Assembly (NCBI GenBank): GCA_049322455.1
Contig: JBMOQY010000038.1
Location: 768-64,767, forward strand
Source of the DNA: Verrucomicrobiota bacterium
GTDB lineage: Bacteria > Verrucomicrobiota > Verrucomicrobiia > Opitutales > Opitutaceae
Direction: 5' to 3'
Length of the DNA: 64,000 bases
Shown in pieces: positions 10,055-21,565 of the stretch (the stretch's first letter is position 1; each line of letters opens with the position of its first letter). Under the pieces are notes generated by a model, which searched no databases, was not told the DNA's origin, and saw nothing but the letters and a program-made list of their open reading frames with translations. Position numbers and translations under genes: made by a program.

Positions 10055-10480
10055 ATGGCCCGCATCTACCGCCGCCCCCGCCACCTGCATCCCGTCGCGG
10101 AGCTGAACATCACCAACCTCGTGGACCTCGGGTTCACGCTGCTGATCATCTTCATGATCGCGACCCCGCTGATCCAGCAGGAGCAGACCATCCCGGTCAA
10201 CTTGCCCGGCGAGTCCCGGCGCGACCAGCAGAAAGCGCCGCCCGACACGGAGTTTGTCGCCGTCTCGGTGGACCGCGCGGGCAACTACTACTTCGGCAGC
10301 CAGCGCGTTTCGCTGCCCGAACTGTCCCGCCTTCTGATGGGCGAGGCCGCGAAGTCGCGGCAGCCCGTCATCCGCATCCGCGCCGACCTCACGCTCCAGT
10401 GGCAGCAGGTCGTGCGTGTGATGGACGAGATCCGGCGGCACAACCTCACAAAGATCACCTTCGACACCGAGGCCCGATGA
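10055..10480 (+). CDS. ExbD/TolR biopolymer transport protein
   Basis: 141 aa. N-terminal AELNITNLVDLGFTLLIIFM TM helix typical of ExbD/TolR. 6 nt after the preceding gene. Confidence 0.85.
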   Translation: MARIYRRPRHLHPVAELNITNLVDLGFTLLIIFMIATPLIQQEQTIPVNLPGESRRDQQKAPPDTEFVAVSVDRAGNYYFGSQRVSLPELSRLLMGEAAKSRQPVIRIRADLTLQWQQVVRVMDEIRRHNLTKITFDTEAR

Positions 10481-10487
10481 GCCCGCC

Positions 10488-11333
10488 ATGCGCGCGACGT
10501 CGTCCAGTTCGCTGCTCCTCTCGCTGACCCTGCACGGGTTCGTGGTGGGGCTGATCCTCGTGGCGACCTGGTTCACCGCGCTGCGCCCCCGGGAGGCGCC
10601 GGTGATCTTCGAGCTTGTGGCCGGGCCGCCCACCGCGCCCGACGAGCTGGTTGCTCCGGCGCTGGGCAACACCACGAAGCCCATCAAGCTGGAGGTGCCC
10701 AAGGTCGAACTCGTCCCGACGGTTGAGGAGCCCGAACCGGAGCCGGTGGTGCAGACACAGCCCGAGCCGGCAGCGGTCAAGCCGGCACCCGTGGAAAAAG
10801 CCAGACCGAAGGAACCCGAAAAACCCAAGGCCGACACCTCGATGGCCAAGGAGGTGAAGAAGGCCCAGCGGATGTCCTACCAGGAGTATCTCAAGAAACA
10901 CCCCACGCCAAAGCAGACCGCCTCCAAGCAGACGGGCAAATCCGCCGCCAAGGTGCCGCGGATCGACGCCACAGGCATCGCCCAAGGCGTGAAAGGCGGT
11001 TCCACTGCCAACACCCGGGGCGGAGGGGGCGGGCGTGCCCTGGCCCGCGAACAGCAGGACCTGTTGAACACCTATATTTCACTGCTCCTGCAGGAACTCA
11101 AAAAGGCCCATGAGCCGCCTCCGGGTGTGAGCGACCGCTTGCAGACCGAGGTGACCTTCGACATCACCGCCAGCGGGGCGATCCTGAATCCGCGCATCAC
11201 CAAATCTTCGGGCGACAACGCCTTCGACGAATCCGTCATCGAAGCGTTTCTGCGGATGCGCTCCATCGGGCCGACTCCGAACCGCCGGTCCGACACCTGG
11301 AAGGTCACGTTCAAGATGCGGGAAGAGGACTAG
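10488..11333 (+). CDS. TonB/TolA-like energy-transducer protein
   Basis: N-terminal TM anchor, Pro/Glu/Lys-rich spacer (EEPEPEPVVQTQPEPAAVKPAPVEKARPKEPEKPK), C-terminal TonB_C-like domain. Third gene of the tolQ/tolR-type trio. Confidence 0.7.
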   Translation: MRATSSSSLLLSLTLHGFVVGLILVATWFTALRPREAPVIFELVAGPPTAPDELVAPALGNTTKPIKLEVPKVELVPTVEEPEPEPVVQTQPEPAAVKPAPVEKARPKEPEKPKADTSMAKEVKKAQRMSYQEYLKKHPTPKQTASKQTGKSAAKVPRIDATGIAQGVKGGSTANTRGGGGGRALAREQQDLLNTYISLLLQELKKAHEPPPGVSDRLQTEVTFDITASGAILNPRITKSSGDNAFDESVIEAFLRMRSIGPTPNRRSDTWKVTFKMREED

Positions 11334-11409
11334 TTTTTCGCGGCCGGCAAGCGGTCGCGAAAAAGTCCTTGCGTTCATTACCCAAAAGCTACTTTTAGGC
11401 CCTTCGCAC

Positions 11410-11485
11410 GGGCTCTTAGCTCAGTTGGTAGAGCGCCTCAATGGCATTGAGGAGGTCAGCGGTTCGAACCCGCTAGGGTCCACCA
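11410..11485 (+). tRNA. tRNA-Ala (anticodon GGC), CCA encoded
   Basis: Hand-folded cloverleaf of 76 nt. Acceptor GGGCTCT/AGGGTCC with the G3:U70 Ala identity pair, anticodon arm CCTCA-ATGGCAT-TGAGG, T-loop TTCGAAC. Confidence 0.9.
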
Positions 11486-11492
11486 ATTTAAG

Positions 11493-11524
11493 AGGCCACC
11501 CGCGAAGGGTGGCTTTCTGTTTTC
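11493..11524. terminator. Rho-independent terminator after tRNA-Ala
   Basis: GGCCACCC-GCGAA-GGGTGGCT hairpin followed by TTCTGTTTT. Lies between the tRNA (+) and the convergent M50 gene (-). Confidence 0.6.
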
Positions 11525-11563
11525 CAAGGCGGCCAGCGCTCCCTGCATGACCCTCGAGCTTGG

Positions 11564-12361
11564 TCAATTAGGTCCGTGAAAGAGCAGCGGCGGCTGCGGG
11601 CCGTCGCCGGAACGGTCGTCTCCCCCCGGCACGCGCCGTGCGACCTCGGCCCAATAGGCCGCCTCCTGCTCGCGGCGGAGCAGCATCCGGTATTCGGTAT
11701 CGCCGGCGAAGTAGATGAAGGCAAACAGCACGGCCAGCATCAGATGCTGGAAATAAAACACTGCCAGGGCCCCGAGGACGAGGGCCAGCACTTTGCCGAC
11801 CGTCGCCGCCCAATAGGTTGCGCGCAGGTAGGGCAGCTTGCGCGCCAGCAGGGCCCGCAGGATGCGTCCCCCGTCCATCGGAAAGACCGGCAGGAGATTG
11901 AAGCAGCCCATGAGGGCATTCCAATAGAGCAGCAGTTGCCCCAAGCCCGTGAACGAATCCTCGAATTCCGCGTCCCAGGGGAATCCCGGCGGCAGGCCGA
12001 GGCCAGCGGCCAGTACGCCGAAGATGACGAAGTTGACGGCGGGTCCTGCGATGGTGATCAGCAGCTCCGCAGAGGGCCGGCGAGGTATCCGGTCAAATTC
12101 CGCCATGCCGCCGATGGGCATCAACAGAATGCGCGGCACCTGCACGCCATAACGCCGCGCCATGAGCGAGTGCCCGAGCTCGTGCAGCACGACGCAGATG
12201 AAGAACGCGATCGTGAGCAAGACACTCACCAGCACGCCCATCCATCCGCCGCCGCCGCTCCAGCCCCGGACGGCGGCGTAAACGAGCAGCAGCAGAAAGC
12301 TGGCGTGAACCGCGAGTTGGATGCCGAAGAGGCGAAACAAGTTAATTGACCAGCCAGACAT
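11564..12361 (-). CDS. Site-2 protease family (M50) zinc metalloprotease
   Basis: HELGH zinc motif inside a TM helix (VVLHELGHSLMARRYG). Multi-TM, with an LPVFPMDGGRIL second motif. Confidence 0.85.
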   Translation of the reverse strand: MSGWSINLFRLFGIQLAVHASFLLLLVYAAVRGWSGGGGWMGVLVSVLLTIAFFICVVLHELGHSLMARRYGVQVPRILLMPIGGMAEFDRIPRRPSAELLITIAGPAVNFVIFGVLAAGLGLPPGFPWDAEFEDSFTGLGQLLLYWNALMGCFNLLPVFPMDGGRILRALLARKLPYLRATYWAATVGKVLALVLGALAVFYFQHLMLAVLFAFIYFAGDTEYRMLLRREQEAAYWAEVARRVPGGDDRSGDGPQPPLLFHGPN

Positions 12362-12418
12362 GGGCGGTAAGTAGAACCGACTTTCGCCAAAGCACTAATC
12401 ATTTCCGCGCCCTCCATC

Positions 12419-13789
<1,371 letters not shown>

Positions 13790-13854
13790 GACCGGTTTGT
13801 GACCGAGCCCGGCTTCGCGGCGCAACGACGCCATCGACCGGCCGCAGACCCGGC

Positions 13855-14850
13855 CTACCTCCGATCTCCGTATCCCTTGGGTTTCGCGCGGTGCCAGCGC
13901 CAGGCGGTTTCGACGATGGGTTCGATGGTCGTGAACTTGGGCGTCCAGCCGAGTTCGCGGCGGGCCTTGGAGGCGTCGGCGTAGAGCGCGGGCGGGTCGC
14001 CGGCGCGGCGCGGCGCGAAGTTGCGCGGGACCCCGAGACCCGACACCTTCTCGACGGCGCGAACCACCTCCAGCACCGAGGTCGGCGTGCCCGTGCCGAG
14101 GTTGAAGAAATTCTGCGAGCCCGGCTTTTCGAGCAGTTTGAAGGCGGCGATGTGCGCGCGACTCAGGTCGTCCACGTGCACGTAGTCCCGCAGGCAGGTG
14201 CCGTCCGGGGTGGGGTAGTCGTTGCCGAAGATCTGGAGCGGCTTGCCCGTGCCCATGGCGGCCCAGATGGCGAGCGGGATGAGGTGCGTCTCGGGATCGT
14301 GATCCTCGCCGATGGTCCCGTCCTCGGCGGCGCCGGCGGCATTGAAGTAGCGGAAGGCGGCGAAGCTCAGGCCGGTGGCGGGGGCGAGCGCCTTGAGCAT
14401 GTTCTCCACGTCGAGTTTGGTCTGACCGTAAGGGTTGATGGGGCGCTGGGGCAGATCCTCGGTGATCGGCATCCTCTCGGGAATGCCGTAGGTCGCGCAG
14501 GTCGAGGAGAAGACGAACTTCCTCACACCGTGGCGCAGCATGGCCTCGAGCAGCGTCAGCGTGGCGGCGACGTTGTTCTGATAGTATTTGAGTGGGCTGC
14601 CGACCGACTCGCCCACGTAGGCGAAGGCGGCGAAGTGCATCACCACGTCGGGCTTTTCGGCGGCGAGCACCCGGTCGATCGCGGTCGGATCGCCGAGGCT
14701 CGCGTCGTGAAACCGGACCGAGGGGGCCACGGCCGCCCGGTGGCCATAGACAAGGTTGTCCACCACCACGGGTTCGTGCCCCGCCGCGACCAGTTGCCGC
14801 ACGCAGTGACTGCCGATGTAGCCGGCGCCGCCGGCGACGAGAACTTTCAT
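13855..14850 (-). CDS. galE: UDP-glucose 4-epimerase
   Basis: MKVLVAGGAGYIGSHCV Rossmann start, YGQTK catalytic motif, 331 aa. It is the C-terminal part of the spurious 828-aa track ORF. Confidence 0.9.
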   Translation of the reverse strand: MKVLVAGGAGYIGSHCVRQLVAAGHEPVVVDNLVYGHRAAVAPSVRFHDASLGDPTAIDRVLAAEKPDVVMHFAAFAYVGESVGSPLKYYQNNVAATLTLLEAMLRHGVRKFVFSSTCATYGIPERMPITEDLPQRPINPYGQTKLDVENMLKALAPATGLSFAAFRYFNAAGAAEDGTIGEDHDPETHLIPLAIWAAMGTGKPLQIFGNDYPTPDGTCLRDYVHVDDLSRAHIAAFKLLEKPGSQNFFNLGTGTPTSVLEVVRAVEKVSGLGVPRNFAPRRAGDPPALYADASKARRELGWTPKFTTIEPIVETAWRWHRAKPKGYGDRR

Positions 14851-14922
14851 AAGCGCGGGAGTTTTTGATTTTAACCTTCCGATGGCTAGGCAAATCTGCT
14901 CCCACTGTCCCAAACTTGCGAC

Positions 14923-16161
14923 ATGAAGCACCCCCGCATCGTCATCACCGGCATCGGCCTCACCGCCCCGAACGGCAACAACCTGGCCGAGTTCCGCGCC
15001 AACCTCCTGCAGGGCGTCTCGGGCATCGGCTGGATGGACGTGCGCTACATGGGCCGGTGGCCGGCCGGCCTCTGCAAGTTCGACCCGCTGAGATACCAGA
15101 AGAAGAAGGATGTGCGCATCGGCACGCGTGCCGGCAGCATCAGCATCTACTGCGCCCGCGAGGCCGTGGCCGATGCCGGCATCAACCCGGACGCCTGCGA
15201 CAAGAGCCGCATCGGGGTCTTTCTCGGCATCACCGAGCACGGGAATGTCGAGACCGAGAACGAGGTCTATAACATCTCGCAGTTCAAATACGACACGAAG
15301 TTCTGGACGCACCACCACAACCCCCGAACCGTGGCCAACAGCCCCGCGGGCGAGGTGTCGCTCAACCTCGGCACGACCGGCCCCGCCTACACGATCGGCG
15401 CCGCCTGCGCCGCGGGCAACATGGGCCTCATCCACGCCACCCAGATGCTGCGTCTGGGCGAGGTGGATCTCGCCATCTGCGGCGGCGTGAGCGAGAGTCC
15501 GCAGACCTTCGGCATCTTCGCCGGTTTCAAGAGCCAGAACGCCCTCGCCACGCACGCCGATCCCACCAAGGCCAGCCGCCCTTTCGACAAGGCCCGCAAC
15601 GGCATCGTCATCTCCGAGGGCGGCGCCATCTACACGCTGGAGCGCCTGGAAGACGCCCGGGCCCGCAGCGCAAGGATCTACGCCGAGATCGCCGGCTATT
15701 GCGTGAACTCCGACGCCACCGATTACGTGCTGCCCAACCCCGAGCGCCAGGCCGAGTGCGTCGAAAAGGCGCTCGGCAACGCCGGCCTGACCGTGGACGA
15801 CATCGATATCGTCAACACCCACGCCACCTCGACCCCACAGGGCGACATCCAGGAGTGTCAGGCGCTGGCCAAGGTTTTCGGCCGGCGCAAGGAACCGGCC
15901 GCCATCAACAACACCAAGAGCTTCATCGGCCACGCCATGGGCGCCGCGGGCGCTCTGGAGCTGGCGGGCAACATCCCGAGTTTCGACGACCTTGTGGTGC
16001 ATCCGACGATCAACGTGGATGAGCTTGATCCCCAGTGCGATATCCCGGGCCTCGTTATCAACCGGCCGCGGGCCGTTAAACGGGTTGACGCAATCCTGAA
16101 TAATTCCTTTGGTATGCTTGGAATCAATTCCACCCTCATCATCAAGCGTTTCCGCACCTGA
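14923..16161 (+). CDS. Beta-ketoacyl-ACP synthase I/II family (FabF-like), cluster-specific
   Basis: Cys-His-His triad contexts: IGAACAAGN, NTHATSTPQGD, KSFIGHAMGAAGALE. Confidence 0.9.
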   Translation: MKHPRIVITGIGLTAPNGNNLAEFRANLLQGVSGIGWMDVRYMGRWPAGLCKFDPLRYQKKKDVRIGTRAGSISIYCAREAVADAGINPDACDKSRIGVFLGITEHGNVETENEVYNISQFKYDTKFWTHHHNPRTVANSPAGEVSLNLGTTGPAYTIGAACAAGNMGLIHATQMLRLGEVDLAICGGVSESPQTFGIFAGFKSQNALATHADPTKASRPFDKARNGIVISEGGAIYTLERLEDARARSARIYAEIAGYCVNSDATDYVLPNPERQAECVEKALGNAGLTVDDIDIVNTHATSTPQGDIQECQALAKVFGRRKEPAAINNTKSFIGHAMGAAGALELAGNIPSFDDLVVHPTINVDELDPQCDIPGLVINRPRAVKRVDAILNNSFGMLGINSTLIIKRFRT

Positions 16162-16174
16162 CACCTCCGCAATC

Positions 16175-16429
16175 ATGACGAAAGAAGAATGCCGCAAGCT
16201 GGTCATCGACATCATCTCCGACATCGCGCCCGATGAGGACCTGAGCAGCGTGAAGCCGGACGTCCGGCTCCGCGACCAGCTCCAGCTCGATTCGATGGAC
16301 TTCCTCGACATCGTCATGGAACTGCGCAAGCGCCACGGCATCGAGGTGCCCGAGGCCGATTACATGCAGCTCGCCTCGCTCGACAGCTGCGCGGAATACC
16401 TGACGCCCAAGTTCCAGGCCAAGGCCTGA
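16175..16429 (+). CDS. Acyl carrier protein (divergent, cluster-specific)
   Basis: 84 aa from the internal ATG. Phosphopantetheine site LQLDSMDFLDIVMEL (DS-motif), diverged from the AcpP consensus GADSLDTVELVMAL. Confidence 0.85.
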   Translation: MTKEECRKLVIDIISDIAPDEDLSSVKPDVRLRDQLQLDSMDFLDIVMELRKRHGIEVPEADYMQLASLDSCAEYLTPKFQAKA

Positions 16430-16457
16430 AGTTGATTTCAGCCAGCACGATGGTGTA

Positions 16458-16488
16458 GGGCGGGGTCTCGGAACCCCGCCTTTTTGTT
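16458..16488 (+). terminator. Terminator/attenuator-like hairpin inside the lipid operon
   Basis: GGCGGGGT-CTCGG-AACCCCGCC followed by TTTTTGTT. The next gene's ATG (16490) follows directly. Confidence 0.45.
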
Positions 16489-16489
16489 G

Positions 16490-17914
16490 ATGAAAGACTC
16501 CCATTACGACGTGGCCATCATCGGCGCCGGCATGTCCGGACTCGCCGCCGGCATCCGGCTGGCCCATTTCGGCAAGAAGGTCTGCATTTTCGAGCGCCAC
16601 AACGCGCCGGGCGGCCTCAACAGCTTCTACAGCATCGCCGGCCGCAAGTTCGACGTCGGCCTGCATGCGATGACCAATTACGTGCCGCCGGGCGTGAAAG
16701 GCACGCCGCTGGGCAAGCTCCTGCGGCAGCTCCGCATCGAGCGCGAGGATTTCGCCCTCTGCCCGCAAAAACGCTCGCGCATCGCCTTCCGCGACCGCGA
16801 GCTGAAGTTCACCAACGACTTCGCCGTGCTCGACGCCGAAGTGCGGGAAAAATTCCCGGCGCAGGCCGACGGCTGGCGGTCGCTCGTGCAACTCGTGAAG
16901 TCCTACGACGACGTGGCGCTCGACGCGAAGCCGCTGTCGGCCCGCGAGGTCGTGGCCCGCCACATCACCGATCCGCTGCTGACCGACATGATCTTCTGCC
17001 CGGTCATGTATTACGGCAGCGCGCAGGAGCGCGACATGGAGTTCGGGCAGTTCGTCATCATGTTCAAGGCGCTCTTTCTCGAAGGATTCGCCCGGCCGCT
17101 GGAGGGCGTGCGCGTGATCATCCGCGTGCTGCTGGAGAAATACCGTCAGGCCGGCGGCGAGCGCCGCATGAAGTGTGGCGTGGCGAGGATCATCGAGCGC
17201 GCGGGCAGGGCGGCGGCGCTCCGGCTCGATGACGGCTCCGAGGTCACGGCCGACCACGTCATCTCGTCCATCGGTTACCCCGAAACGATGCGCGCCTGCG
17301 AGCCGGCACATGCCGCCGAGGCCGAGGCGAACACCGGCGCACTCTCATTCGTCGAGACGATCTCGGTGTTCAGGCAACCGCCCGCGACGTGGGGCTGGGG
17401 TGACGACACGATCGTCTTCTTCAACGACTCCGACCGCTTCGACTATTCGCGGGCGAAGGACCTGGTGGATCCGCGCAGCGGCGTCGTCTGTTTTCCCAAC
17501 AATTTCGACTACGCCGACGGGGAGCTGCCCGAGGGCTTGTTCCGCGTGACCTGCCTGGCCGATTACGGGAAATGGACGGCGTTGGCGGAGCCCGATTACC
17601 AGGCGGCCAAGACGCACTGGCTGGGTGCGATGCAACGCAGCGCGCGGCGGTTCCTGCCGCCGGTGTCCGACGCCGTGCTCATGGAAAACCTGGTCGCCAC
17701 CGACATGTTCACGCCGCGCACGGTGCGGAAGTTCACCGGCCACCTCAACGGAGCGATCTATGGCGCTCCCCGCAAGGTGAAGGACGGCCGCACCCACCTG
17801 AGCAACCTTTACCTCTGCGGCACGGATCAAGGGTTCCTGGGCATCATCGGCGCGATGCTCAGCGGCATCTCGATGGCCAATTATCACATCTTGCAAAAGG
17901 GCGGCCCCGGCTAA
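16490..17914 (+). CDS. FAD-dependent oxidoreductase, phytoene-desaturase (CrtI/amine-oxidase) family, copy 1
   Basis: Dinucleotide fold YDVAIIGAGMSGLAAGIRLAHFGKKVCIFERHNAPGG. Track start is a TTG at 16484; the ATG at 16490 is preferred. Confidence 0.8.
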   Translation: MKDSHYDVAIIGAGMSGLAAGIRLAHFGKKVCIFERHNAPGGLNSFYSIAGRKFDVGLHAMTNYVPPGVKGTPLGKLLRQLRIEREDFALCPQKRSRIAFRDRELKFTNDFAVLDAEVREKFPAQADGWRSLVQLVKSYDDVALDAKPLSAREVVARHITDPLLTDMIFCPVMYYGSAQERDMEFGQFVIMFKALFLEGFARPLEGVRVIIRVLLEKYRQAGGERRMKCGVARIIERAGRAAALRLDDGSEVTADHVISSIGYPETMRACEPAHAAEAEANTGALSFVETISVFRQPPATWGWGDDTIVFFNDSDRFDYSRAKDLVDPRSGVVCFPNNFDYADGELPEGLFRVTCLADYGKWTALAEPDYQAAKTHWLGAMQRSARRFLPPVSDAVLMENLVATDMFTPRTVRKFTGHLNGAIYGAPRKVKDGRTHLSNLYLCGTDQGFLGIIGAMLSGISMANYHILQKGGPG

Positions 17915-17932
17915 GATTCCCGCTTACCCCCT

Positions 17933-18793
17933 ATGAAAACATCCCGCCTGTTCCCCGTTCTTGCCATGAGCGTTGCCCTCGCGACCGGCGTCTTCGCCGG
18001 CGAGGCCTACAAGCAGCACCTCGGTCTGCAGCTTTGGAGCCTGCGCGACCAGGTCAAAGCCGACGTGCCCGCCGCCCTCGACTGGGTCAAGGCTCAGGGT
18101 TTCACCGAGGTCGAGACCGCCGGCACCGGCGAGCGCTCAGCCGGGGAGTTTCGGAAACTTCTCGATGAACGCGGACTGAAGGCCGTCAGCGCCCACATCA
18201 GCTACGACGCCCTCGCCAAGGACCTGCCCGGAGCGATCGCGGCCGCCAAGGCGCTCGGGGCGAAATACGTGATGACCGCGTGGATTCCCCACAAGGGCCC
18301 CTTCACCGCCGAGATGGCCCGGGCCGCTGCGGCCGATTTCAACAAATGGGGCGAGGCTTTCCGCAAGGAGGGCATCACCTACGGTTACCACCCGCACGGC
18401 TACGAGTTTGTCCCCCTGCCCGAAGAGGGTGGCAAGACGCCCTTCGACATCATCGTGGCCGGCACGAAACCGGAATTCGTCAGCTTCGAGATGGACGTGT
18501 TCTGGGTCTTCCATGCGGGCGTGGATCCGGCGGCCCTGCTCAAACGCCATGCCGACCGCTGGTCGCTGCTGCACGTGAAGGACATCCGCAAGGGCGCGGT
18601 CACGGGCCTGTCCACGGGTGGCGCCCCGCCGATCGACAACGTCGCCGTCGGCACCGGCCAGATCGACTGGCCCGCCGTCCTCGGGGCCGCCCAGGAGATC
18701 GGCGTGCAGCACTATTTCATCGAGGACGAGACGCCCACGCCACTCGTGTGCATTCCCGACAGCCTGAAGTATTTGCGGGCGCTCAAACTCTGA
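17933..18793 (+). CDS. Xylose-isomerase-like TIM-barrel protein (sugar phosphate isomerase/epimerase family) with signal peptide
   Basis: [25 protein letters not shown] signal. [10 protein letters not shown]..., [21 protein letters not shown] motifs typical of PF01261-type proteins. Confidence 0.8.
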   Translation: MKTSRLFPVLAMSVALATGVFAGEAYKQHLGLQLWSLRDQVKADVPAALDWVKAQGFTEVETAGTGERSAGEFRKLLDERGLKAVSAHISYDALAKDLPGAIAAAKALGAKYVMTAWIPHKGPFTAEMARAAAADFNKWGEAFRKEGITYGYHPHGYEFVPLPEEGGKTPFDIIVAGTKPEFVSFEMDVFWVFHAGVDPAALLKRHADRWSLLHVKDIRKGAVTGLSTGGAPPIDNVAVGTGQIDWPAVLGAAQEIGVQHYFIEDETPTPLVCIPDSLKYLRALKL

Positions 18794-18836
18794 GTTGCGC
18801 TTTTCCCGGGGCCCCACTCACATGGGGCCCTTTTTC

Positions 18837-20288
18837 ATGGCTTACGACTGGCTCAAAGGCACCGACGACCACTACGACGTGGTGGTCATCGGCAGCGGAC
18901 TCGGCGGCCTGACCGCCGCCAATGTGCTCGCGAAGTGCGGCCACAGGGTGCTGCTGCTCGAGCACCATTACCAGCTCGGCGGCCTCGCCACGTGGTTCAC
19001 CCGCAAGGGCGGGCATATCTTCGACATCTCCCTGCACGGTTTTCCGATCGGCATGATCAAATCCTGCCGCAAATACTGGGGGCAGGACATTGCCGACTCG
19101 ATCGTGCAACTCAAGGGGGTGCGGTTCATCAACCCGCAGTTCGAGGTCAACACGACCTTCGACCGCGAGGATTTCACCCGCCAGCTCGTCGAAAAGTTCC
19201 GGGTGCCGGCCGAGACCGTGGAGCGGTTCTTCACCGACCTGCGGGCGATGAACTTCTATGACAACAACGCCGAGACCACGGGACAGATGTTCGAGCGCTA
19301 CTTTCCGGGCCGCGACGACGTGAAACGCCTGCTGATGGAGCCCATCGCCTATGCCAACGGCTCCACCATGGACGACCCGGCCATCACTTTCGGCATCGTG
19401 TTCTCCAACTTCATGAGCAAGGGGGTCTATACCTTCCGGGGCGGCACCGATGTGCTCGTGAAGAAGATGGCCGCCGAGCTGAAGAGGAACGGCGCCGAGC
19501 TGCGCAAGCACGTGCTCGTCGAAAAAATCCTGACCGAGGAGCGCGACGGACGCAAAGTTGTCACGGGCATCGTGGCCAACGGCCGCACCATCCGCTGCGA
19601 TGCGGTGGTCTCGAATTCCAACATCAAGAACACGGTTCTGCGCCTGGCCGGCGAGGAGAACTTTTCGCCTGATTTTGTCGCCCAGACCAAGGCCGTGCGC
19701 GTCAACAGCAGTTCCTGCCAGGTCTATCTCGGCATCCGCAAGGGCGAGACGCTCCCCCACATCGGCGACCTCGTCTTCACCTCCGAGGAGCCGAAATTTT
19801 CCAGCGAAAAGCTCGTGGATCTCTACACGACCAGCCGGACCTTCTCGATGTATTACCCGGACACCCGGCCGGGCAGCGACCGCTACACCGTCGTCGTCTC
19901 CATCAACGCCCGCTATGATGACTGGAAGCGCATGGGGGAGGAGGAATACGCGAAGCAGAAGCAGCGTCTCATCGACGAGTCCATCGCCGCGTTGGAGAGG
20001 TTCATCCCGGATGTGCGTGCCAAGATCGACTGGATGGAGGCCGCCACACCGAGGACCATCGAATACTACACCCGCCACTGGAGCGGCACGTCGTTCGGCA
20101 CCAAGTTCGAGGGTCTCAAGGTCTCGATGGATCTGCCCAACCAAGTGCCCGGCCTCTACCACGCCGGCTCCGTCGGCATCATCATGTCGGGCTGGCTCGG
20201 CACCATCAATTACGGCGTGATCGTCGCCAACCAGGTGGACAAGTTCATCGCCGCAAAGAAACGCGCCGCCGAGCCGGCCCACGCCTGA
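18837..20288 (+). CDS. FAD-dependent oxidoreductase, phytoene-desaturase (CrtI) family, copy 2
   Basis: [37 protein letters not shown]. Track start is a TTG at 18795; ATGs at 18822 and 18837 are alternatives. Confidence 0.8.
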   Translation: MAYDWLKGTDDHYDVVVIGSGLGGLTAANVLAKCGHRVLLLEHHYQLGGLATWFTRKGGHIFDISLHGFPIGMIKSCRKYWGQDIADSIVQLKGVRFINPQFEVNTTFDREDFTRQLVEKFRVPAETVERFFTDLRAMNFYDNNAETTGQMFERYFPGRDDVKRLLMEPIAYANGSTMDDPAITFGIVFSNFMSKGVYTFRGGTDVLVKKMAAELKRNGAELRKHVLVEKILTEERDGRKVVTGIVANGRTIRCDAVVSNSNIKNTVLRLAGEENFSPDFVAQTKAVRVNSSSCQVYLGIRKGETLPHIGDLVFTSEEPKFSSEKLVDLYTTSRTFSMYYPDTRPGSDRYTVVVSINARYDDWKRMGEEEYAKQKQRLIDESIAALERFIPDVRAKIDWMEAATPRTIEYYTRHWSGTSFGTKFEGLKVSMDLPNQVPGLYHAGSVGIIMSGWLGTINYGVIVANQVDKFIAAKKRAAEPAHA

Positions 20289-20295
20289 TTATCCC

Positions 20296-20745
20296 GTGAC
20301 TGAAGTCGAAAAACTCATCCCGCACCGTCCGCCGTTCCTGTTCGTGGACGAAATCATCTCCCACGATGGCGAGACCCTCGTGGCCAGACGCACCTGGCGC
20401 GCCGACGAGGAATTCTACAAGGGCCACTATCCCGGCGCCCCGATCACCCCGGGTGTGCTGCTGAGCGAATCCGTGTTTCAGACCGGCGCCTGCCTGATGG
20501 CCCGGCTCATGGCCGGCGCCGCCGGGCAGGGCGGGGGCGTGCCGCTGCTGAGCAAGGTGTCCGACATCCGCTTCCGCCTGCCGGTTTATCCGGGCGACAC
20601 CGTCACCATCGAGGTCAAACGCAAGGAGACCGCCGGAGAGTTTCATTTTCTCACCGGCGTGATGAAGAACGCCGAGGGCAGGAAGGTCATGAACGTGGAG
20701 TTCGCCGTCGCCTGGAAGAAACCCGAGGGACAGGTCACCGCCTGA
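20296..20745 (+). CDS. FabA/FabZ-family 3-hydroxyacyl-ACP dehydratase (hotdog fold)
   Basis: LIPHRPPFLFVDEI...YKGHYPGAPITPGVLLSES (catalytic His/Glu contexts). GTG start. Confidence 0.85.
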   Translation: MTEVEKLIPHRPPFLFVDEIISHDGETLVARRTWRADEEFYKGHYPGAPITPGVLLSESVFQTGACLMARLMAGAAGQGGGVPLLSKVSDIRFRLPVYPGDTVTIEVKRKETAGEFHFLTGVMKNAEGRKVMNVEFAVAWKKPEGQVTA

Positions 20746-20746
20746 G

Positions 20747-21562
20747 ATGAGCGATTTTCTCCAGCTTTCCGGGAAAGCCTTCCTGGTGCAGGGCGTTGCG
20801 AACAAAAAAAGCGTCGCGTGGTTCATCGCGAAGACGCTGGAGGAACAGGGCGCGCGCGTCGTCTATGCCGTGCGCTCCGAAGCGCGGAAGAAGTCGCTCG
20901 AAGCCCTGCTGGCCGGCCGGCCCGTGTTCATCTGCGATGTCGAGCAAGAGGGCGCAGCGGAGCAGCTCGCCGCCGCGGTCGCGGCAGCCGGCCTGACCCC
21001 GCTGCATGGCCTGGTGCATTCCATCGCCTTCGCCAACTATCGCGAGGGCTTCAAGACCTTCGCCGAGACCAAGCGGCAGGACTTCCTGCAGGCCACGGCC
21101 ATCTCGGCGTTCTCGTTGGTGGAGCTGGCGCAGGCCTTCAGGCCGCATCTCGCCAAGAACGCCTCCGTCATCTCCATCGGCATCTCTTCGCTGCTGGTAA
21201 CCCCCGACAACTACGGTTACATGGGCCCGATCAAAGCCGCCTTGGAGTCGTGCTCGCGGTTCCTGGCCAAGTCCTTCGGCGCATCGGGCAGCGGGGTGCG
21301 CTTCAACGTCGTGGGGTCCGGCCCCCTCAAGACCAGCGCCTCGGCCGGCATTCCCGGCTACCTGGAGAGCTACCTCTACGCCGAGAAGCTGACCTTCCGG
21401 AAGCGGAATCTCGAGACCCAGGAGGTGGCGAACGTCGCGGCCTTTCTTCTGAGCGAGCGCAGCAGCGGCCTGAACGGCACGACGGTCGTCGTGGACGCCG
21501 GGCTCGGGAGCAATTATTTCGACAAGGAGATCATCCGGCTGGCGATGCGGCCGGAGAAATAA
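20747..21562 (+). CDS. FabI-like enoyl-ACP reductase (SDR family)
   Basis: N-terminus LSGKAFLVQGVANKKSVAWFIAKTLEEQGARV resembles the FabI GVASKLSIAYGIA signature. 271 aa. Confidence 0.75.
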   Translation: MSDFLQLSGKAFLVQGVANKKSVAWFIAKTLEEQGARVVYAVRSEARKKSLEALLAGRPVFICDVEQEGAAEQLAAAVAAAGLTPLHGLVHSIAFANYREGFKTFAETKRQDFLQATAISAFSLVELAQAFRPHLAKNASVISIGISSLLVTPDNYGYMGPIKAALESCSRFLAKSFGASGSGVRFNVVGSGPLKTSASAGIPGYLESYLYAEKLTFRKRNLETQEVANVAAFLLSERSSGLNGTTVVVDAGLGSNYFDKEIIRLAMRPEK

Positions 21563-21565
21563 GCC

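Noticed and set aside
9338-11333. Interpreting the tolQ/tolR/tonB-like trio plus the distant pal (33632..34174) as an unusual split Tol-Pal system.
   Set aside because: ExbB/ExbD/TonB and TolQ/TolR/TolA cannot be told apart by eye, and tolB may lie outside the window. There is insufficient basis to claim anything unusual.
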